A DNA stretch of 61,681 nt from a virus. Taxonomy: Duplodnaviria; Caudoviricetes. Below are positions 57,257 to 61,681 of the stretch, one piece after another. Both the position numbers and the translations under genes were made by a program. The notes below the pieces were generated by a model. That model ran no database searches. It was not told where the DNA came from and saw nothing but the letters and a program-made list of their open reading frames with translations. Numbering within the stretch: position 1 is the first letter of the stretch; every line of letters begins with the position of its first letter. The DNA lies in the IMG/VR virus record IMGVR_UViG_3300027833_000050, positions 1 to 61,681 of that record, one strand, 5' to 3'.

Positions 57257-59593
57257 ATGGCCTTTCAACTAAGTCCAGGAATTAACATCAGCGAAGTGGA
57301 TCTCACTAATTCTACTCCAGCTGTAGGAACAACAGAGGGTGCAATTGCAGGTGTATTCCGTTGGGGTCCAACTAACGAAAGAGTTTTAATCACTTCAGAG
57401 CAAGAATTAGTCAATCGTTTTGGTGCACCATCAACTAGATATACTAATGCGCCAACCAACACTCAGACATGGCAAAACCACGAAACATTTTTAACTGCCG
57501 CTAATTTTTTAGCATATAGCGATGCATTATATGTTGCTCGTGCAGATACTGGTGGTGCCGCGGCAACTGAAGCTGGTGAAAACTTTTCAGCAAAATATAC
57601 AGGTGAACTAGGTAACTCTATCGGTGTATCTCACTGTGTTACCGATGCTAATGGCGTCAGTTCATTTGGGGCTTCTAGCACTGTCGCAGGTGGGGCAATA
57701 GGAACATTAGCAATCAATGCCAGTTCCACATCGGGAACGATCAACGGTATAACCAAAGCACAAGCAGATGCAATCGTAATAGGAGATATCATTACTCCTA
57801 CTCATGTAGACTCAAACAAAGAAAGCTTAACTATTGCTACAAGAACAGTAGGTGGCGGTGACGGAACAGAGACAACACTTACAGTTAATGCTGATGATAA
57901 TCTTGACGCTGCCGCTGCCGTTGCTTCTGGTGGTTTAGTTGCTGAAGGCATTATCACAGAACTAGAAGATAGTGTGACAACAGTTCAATCTAGCATCATA
58001 TCTCTTGACGCTGACGATACTATTGAAACAGGTGATGCTGTACGCTTTGATGCTAATGGCTTTGCGGCACTGACAGTAACATTTGCAGATGGAACTACAG
58101 GATCACTAGTAGATGAGCAAACTTACTTTGCAATCAGAGTAAATGATGGCACAGATACTTCGGCCAACTTAGGTAAACTATTATCTGGTGGAGCTACACG
58201 AGCAATCAAACTAGCATTGACTTATGATGATGCAATCAACCACCTCGATGGCACGCCTAAGAATATTAAGTTTACTACTAAGCCTTCTGATGCTTCTGCT
58301 ATATTCAACTTCATCAAATCTTCAAAAGTGTTCTTAAATGTCACTTTCACTAGCAGATATACAGGTCACACCAATCTAACTGTTGCCGCTGGTAACGGTA
58401 GCATCACCAGACAGTGGGGAGATGCTGACTTGTTTGATGCACAACCTAGTACTAGTCATGCTCATGTTGTAGTTAAAGATATTGATGGTAAAATTACTGG
58501 TACAGCTGGCTCTATCGTAGAAATGTTCGAGAATGTGTCTATGATAGCTGGCGCTAAGAGTTTTGACGGCACATCTAATTACATCAGTGATGTTCTGACA
58601 GCCTCTTCTAATTGGATCGCTTTAACACCGGCTAATTCAGTACTAGCTACTTTTAAATCTCAAGTTGCTCTGACTGGCGGTACTGACGGAAGCGATGAAC
58701 AGGCTGCTACTCTTGCTCAAATTGCTCCAGCATACGACTTATTCAAAGATGCCGCAGACGTAGACATCTCACTTGTGTTACAAGGTAAAGCAAGTAGCTT
58801 CTCTGGTGCTACTGGTACAGAGCTATCTAACTACATTATCGATAATATTTGTGAAGTTAGAAGAGATTGTGTAGCATTCATCTCTCCAAAATATGAAGCG
58901 TCAATGACTGCTTCAAGCATTGTCGCCTCTATTGCAACACTCTCAGCTAGTAGCTATGCAGTTGTCGATAGTGGTTATAAGTATCAATATGATAAGTATT
59001 CTGATGTATATCGTTGGATACCTCTAAATGGAGACATAGCAGGACTTTGTGCTAGAACAGACGATCAAAGAGATCCTTGGTTCTCACCAGCAGGATATAA
59101 CAGAGGTAATGTTAAGAATGTTGTTAAGTTAAAGGTTAATCCTAATAAAGCACAGAGAGATTTGCTATATAAGAATAACATAAACCCTGTTATCACTCAG
59201 CCTGGTCAAGGAACAGTACTATTTGGCGATAAGACTTATTCAGGAACAACCAGTGCATTCGATAGAATTAATGTTCGTAGATTGTTCATTGTTCTTGAGA
59301 AAACTATCGGTAGTGCCGCTAAGTCAACTCTATTCGAATTTAACGATGAGTTCACTAGAGCATCGTTCGTAAACTTAGTTGAACCGTTCTTGAGAGATGT
59401 ACAAGGTAGACGAGGCATTTTTGACTTTAAAGTAGTTTGTGATGCAACAAACAATACTCCAGGAGTTATCGATGCTAATCAATTTGTTGGCGACATCTAT
59501 ATCAAGCCAGCACGATCTATTAACTTTATTCAGTTGAATTTTGTAGCCGTTAGATCAGGCGTAGAGTTCTCTGAGATCGTTGGTGCGGCTTAA
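57257..59593 (+). CDS. gp18: tail sheath protein gp18 (with inserted domain)
   Basis: LSPG....EVD, F.WGP, W.PLNGDIAGLCARTD...PWFSPAG.NRG, FDRINVRRLF, YIKPARSINFI.LNF. Confidence 0.97.
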   Translation: MAFQLSPGINISEVDLTNSTPAVGTTEGAIAGVFRWGPTNERVLITSEQELVNRFGAPSTRYTNAPTNTQTWQNHETFLTAANFLAYSDALYVARADTGGAAATEAGENFSAKYTGELGNSIGVSHCVTDANGVSSFGASSTVAGGAIGTLAINASSTSGTINGITKAQADAIVIGDIITPTHVDSNKESLTIATRTVGGGDGTETTLTVNADDNLDAAAAVASGGLVAEGIITELEDSVTTVQSSIISLDADDTIETGDAVRFDANGFAALTVTFADGTTGSLVDEQTYFAIRVNDGTDTSANLGKLLSGGATRAIKLALTYDDAINHLDGTPKNIKFTTKPSDASAIFNFIKSSKVFLNVTFTSRYTGHTNLTVAAGNGSITRQWGDADLFDAQPSTSHAHVVVKDIDGKITGTAGSIVEMFENVSMIAGAKSFDGTSNYISDVLTASSNWIALTPANSVLATFKSQVALTGGTDGSDEQAATLAQIAPAYDLFKDAADVDISLVLQGKASSFSGATGTELSNYIIDNICEVRRDCVAFISPKYEASMTASSIVASIATLSASSYAVVDSGYKYQYDKYSDVYRWIPLNGDIAGLCARTDDQRDPWFSPAGYNRGNVKNVVKLKVNPNKAQRDLLYKNNINPVITQPGQGTVLFGDKTYSGTTSAFDRINVRRLFIVLEKTIGSAAKSTLFEFNDEFTRASFVNLVEPFLRDVQGRRGIFDFKVVCDATNNTPGVIDANQFVGDIYIKPARSINFIQLNFVAVRSGVEFSEIVGAA

Positions 59594-59629
59594 TAAATAA
59601 TTAGACAACAAACAAGGAGATAAAATACA

Positions 59630-60184
59630 ATGGCTTTCAACATCAATGAAATTAAAAGCCAACTGACCTTCGGGGGTGCCAAGGCATCATTGTTTCAAGT
59701 GGGGATAACAAATCCTATCAATGGAGCAGGTGATCTAAAGACACCGTTTATGGTACAAGCGGCACAGATCCCAGAAGCGACTATTGGAACAATAGAAATC
59801 CCATACTTTGGTCGTAAGGTCAAAGTAGCGGGAGACAGAACATTCGCTGAATGGACTGTGACTATCATCAATGATGAAGACTTTCTGATTCGCAATGCTA
59901 TGGAAAACTGGATGGCTTCAATCAATTCACATGAAGGAAATGTTACTCAAGCAGGCACTGCAAGTGCTTCTGAGTATAAGGCTCAAGCACAGATTACACA
60001 GTATTCAAAAACTGGTGCACCATTAAGAGTTTATAACTTTAACGGTTTATTCCCAACAAACATCGCCGCTATCGGCATGGACTGGAACACAACTGATGAT
60101 ATTGAAAGATTCGATGTTACCTTCCAGTACGACTGGTGGAATGTTTCTGGTGGAGTCACCGGAGACGGTGGCACAAACGAGTAA
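59630..60184 (+). CDS. gp19: tail tube protein gp19
   Basis: A.IP...IG.IEIPYFGR.VK.AGDRTFAEWTVTIINDEDF.IR...E.W, FP..I..I..DW, F.VTFQYDWW. Confidence 0.97.
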   Translation: MAFNINEIKSQLTFGGAKASLFQVGITNPINGAGDLKTPFMVQAAQIPEATIGTIEIPYFGRKVKVAGDRTFAEWTVTIINDEDFLIRNAMENWMASINSHEGNVTQAGTASASEYKAQAQITQYSKTGAPLRVYNFNGLFPTNIAAIGMDWNTTDDIERFDVTFQYDWWNVSGGVTGDGGTNE

Positions 60185-60204
60185 AATTGATAACGATAAT
60201 TTAA

Positions 60205-60226
60205 GGGGAGAGAATAAACTCTCCCT
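60205..60226 (+). terminator. stem-loop between gp19 and gp20 (mRNA-stabilising or weak terminator)
   Basis: GGGAGAG-AATAAA-CTCTCCC hairpin without a strong U-tract. Confidence 0.5.
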
Positions 60227-60245
60227 GAGAATTAGAGGATAAAAT

Positions 60246-61681
60246 ATGGCTGAATTATTTGGATTTTCAATTAAGCGTAAGAGTGCAGAAGAAGATACGA
60301 ACATACCTTCTTTCGTTAGACCGGACGCAGACGATGGCTCTATTGATATTGCGGCAACAGGTACTGCCGCTAGTAGCTATCTCGACTTAGCAGGAAGTGC
60401 AAGATCGGAAGCAGAACTTGTACAGAAGTATAGAGGAATGCTACAGCAACCAGAAGTTGCTCAAGCAGTAGATGATATTGTTAATGAAGCAGTTAGCATT
60501 TCATCAGACCAAAAAGTTGTGGAATGCGTTACTGATGAAGTCGATCAACCCGACAACATCAAAAAGAAAATCAGAGAAGAGTTTGACACAGTACTTAGAC
60601 TGTTAGACTTTTCTTCTACTGGTTACGACACTTTCCAAAAGTGGTATGTTGATGGAAGAATCAACTATCATGTTATGATTGACGTAAAGCAACCTCGAAA
60701 AGGTATTCAAGAGTTGCGTTATATCGATCCAAGAAAGATTCGTAAAGTTAGAGAGTTTGATGATAAGTCAAAAGGCTCTAATAACGGACAAGATAATAAA
60801 TTCTTAACTAAAAAAGTAAAGAATGAGTACTATATCTACAGTGAAAAAGGATTCTTAGGTCAAGCAGGGAATCAAATTACACAATCGGGTATGGGCAATG
60901 ATTTGCAAGGACTGAAGATAGCGACAGATTCTATTGTCCACGCTAACTCCGGATTACTGAATGAAAGTAATTCGTTGATCATATCTCACTTACAGAAGGC
61001 ACATAAGCCTCTGAATCAGTTGAGAATGATGGAAGACGCTGTAGTTATTTACAGAATATCTAGAGCACCAGAACGAAGAATTTTCTATATCGATGTGGGT
61101 AATCTGCCTAAGATGAAAGCAGAACAGTATCTACGAGATATGATGACTAAGCACAAAAATCGCTTAGTGTATGATGCAAGTACGGGTGACGTTAAAGATG
61201 ATCGCAGACATATGAGTATGACTGACGATTTCTGGTTACCTAGAAGAGAGGGTGGAAAGGGCACTGAGATCACTACTTTGCCTGGTGGTCAGAATCTAGG
61301 TGAACTAGATGACGTACTATACTTTCAGAAGAGACTATTTAAGTCTTTGAATGTACCAATATCTCGCATGGACACTGAAGCAGGATTCTCCCTAGGCAGA
61401 GCATCGGAGATATCAAGAGATGAGATTAAGTTTAGTAAGTTTATCAGCAGATTGAGATCAAAATTCTCTACACTGTTCGATAAAGTTCTTGAGAAGCAGT
61501 TGATACTCAAGGGAATCATAAGACCTGAAGAGTGGCCAGAAATTCAAGCCTCTGTCAGATATGATTTCATGCAAGATAACTACTTCGAAGAGTTAAAAGA
61601 GAGTGAAGTCTTGAGAGAAAGATTAAATCTTCTACGAGACATTGACGATTATGTTGGTAAGTACTACTCAGCAGAATGGGT
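60246..61681 (+). CDS. gp20: portal vertex protein gp20 (runs off the window end; not in ORF track)
   Basis: Read by hand: MAELFGFSIKRK..., AVDDIVNEA, WYVDGR, ELRYIDPRKI, KPLNQLRMMEDA.VIYRISRAPERRIFYIDVGNLPK, DFWLPRREGGKGTEITTLPGGQNLG. Confidence 0.97.
   Translation, partial: MAELFGFSIKRKSAEEDTNIPSFVRPDADDGSIDIAATGTAASSYLDLAGSARSEAELVQKYRGMLQQPEVAQAVDDIVNEAVSISSDQKVVECVTDEVDQPDNIKKKIREEFDTVLRLLDFSSTGYDTFQKWYVDGRINYHVMIDVKQPRKGIQELRYIDPRKIRKVREFDDKSKGSNNGQDNKFLTKKVKNEYYIYSEKGFLGQAGNQITQSGMGNDLQGLKIATDSIVHANSGLLNESNSLIISHLQKAHKPLNQLRMMEDAVVIYRISRAPERRIFYIDVGNLPKMKAEQYLRDMMTKHKNRLVYDASTGDVKDDRRHMSMTDDFWLPRREGGKGTEITTLPGGQNLGELDDVLYFQKRLFKSLNVPISRMDTEAGFSLGRASEISRDEIKFSKFISRLRSKFSTLFDKVLEKQLILKGIIRPEEWPEIQASVRYDFMQDNYFEELKESEVLRERLNLLRDIDDYVGKYYSAEW

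Noticed and set aside
1009-61519. Many 60-190 aa ORFs antisense or out of frame to the large genes (e.g. 4271-4846, 40770-41222, 49702-50139, 55844-56191, 61085-61273)
   Set aside because: They are shadow ORFs nested in well-supported phage genes, with no recognisable motifs.
55551-61681. Introns, inteins or homing endonucleases in terminase, sheath or portal
   Set aside because: The frames are continuous, gp17 is of normal length, and no intein or HNH/GIY-YIG/LAGLIDADG motifs were noticed.
541-61681. Stop-codon reassignment or a diversity-generating retroelement
   Set aside because: Core genes are full length in the standard code and end in TAA, TAG or TGA; no reverse transcriptase or TR/VR repeat pair was noticed.

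Overview
This window is a segment of a large T4-like (Tevenvirinae/Kyanoviridae-style, probably marine) myovirus genome. Positions 1-540 are a non-coding RNA locus behind a consensus sigma70 promoter. It holds a circularly permuted (two-piece) tmRNA gene with tag ANDNNFAHGDYALAA, followed directly by a hairpin-rich segment with three CAGGATG stem-loops resembling CsrB/RsmY-type CsrA-sponge RNAs. Next come dsbA-33-59-32, two small early ORFs, and a minus-strand block (4, SNase-like nuclease, 2, 54, 26, a short 51-like ORF, two small membrane ORFs, 29-like tape measure). A long late block follows: 48, 53, hub, 5, an M15-peptidase protein, 25, 6, 7, YHYH-like, 8, DUF4815/VrlC-like, several large fibre/appendage proteins (one with LRRs), 13, 14, 15, 16, 17, 18, 19 and a truncated portal 20. 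TATAAATA late promoters punctuate the structural region. Main observations: the phage two-piece tmRNA plus Csr-like RNA, a lambda G/GT-like T TTT TTT -1 frameshift signal joining gp26 to the next ORF upstream of the tape measure gene, an antisense sigma70 promoter aimed into gene 5, and a ~45-55 aa module in about nine virion proteins. All product calls come from motif recognition and synteny; no database searches were run.
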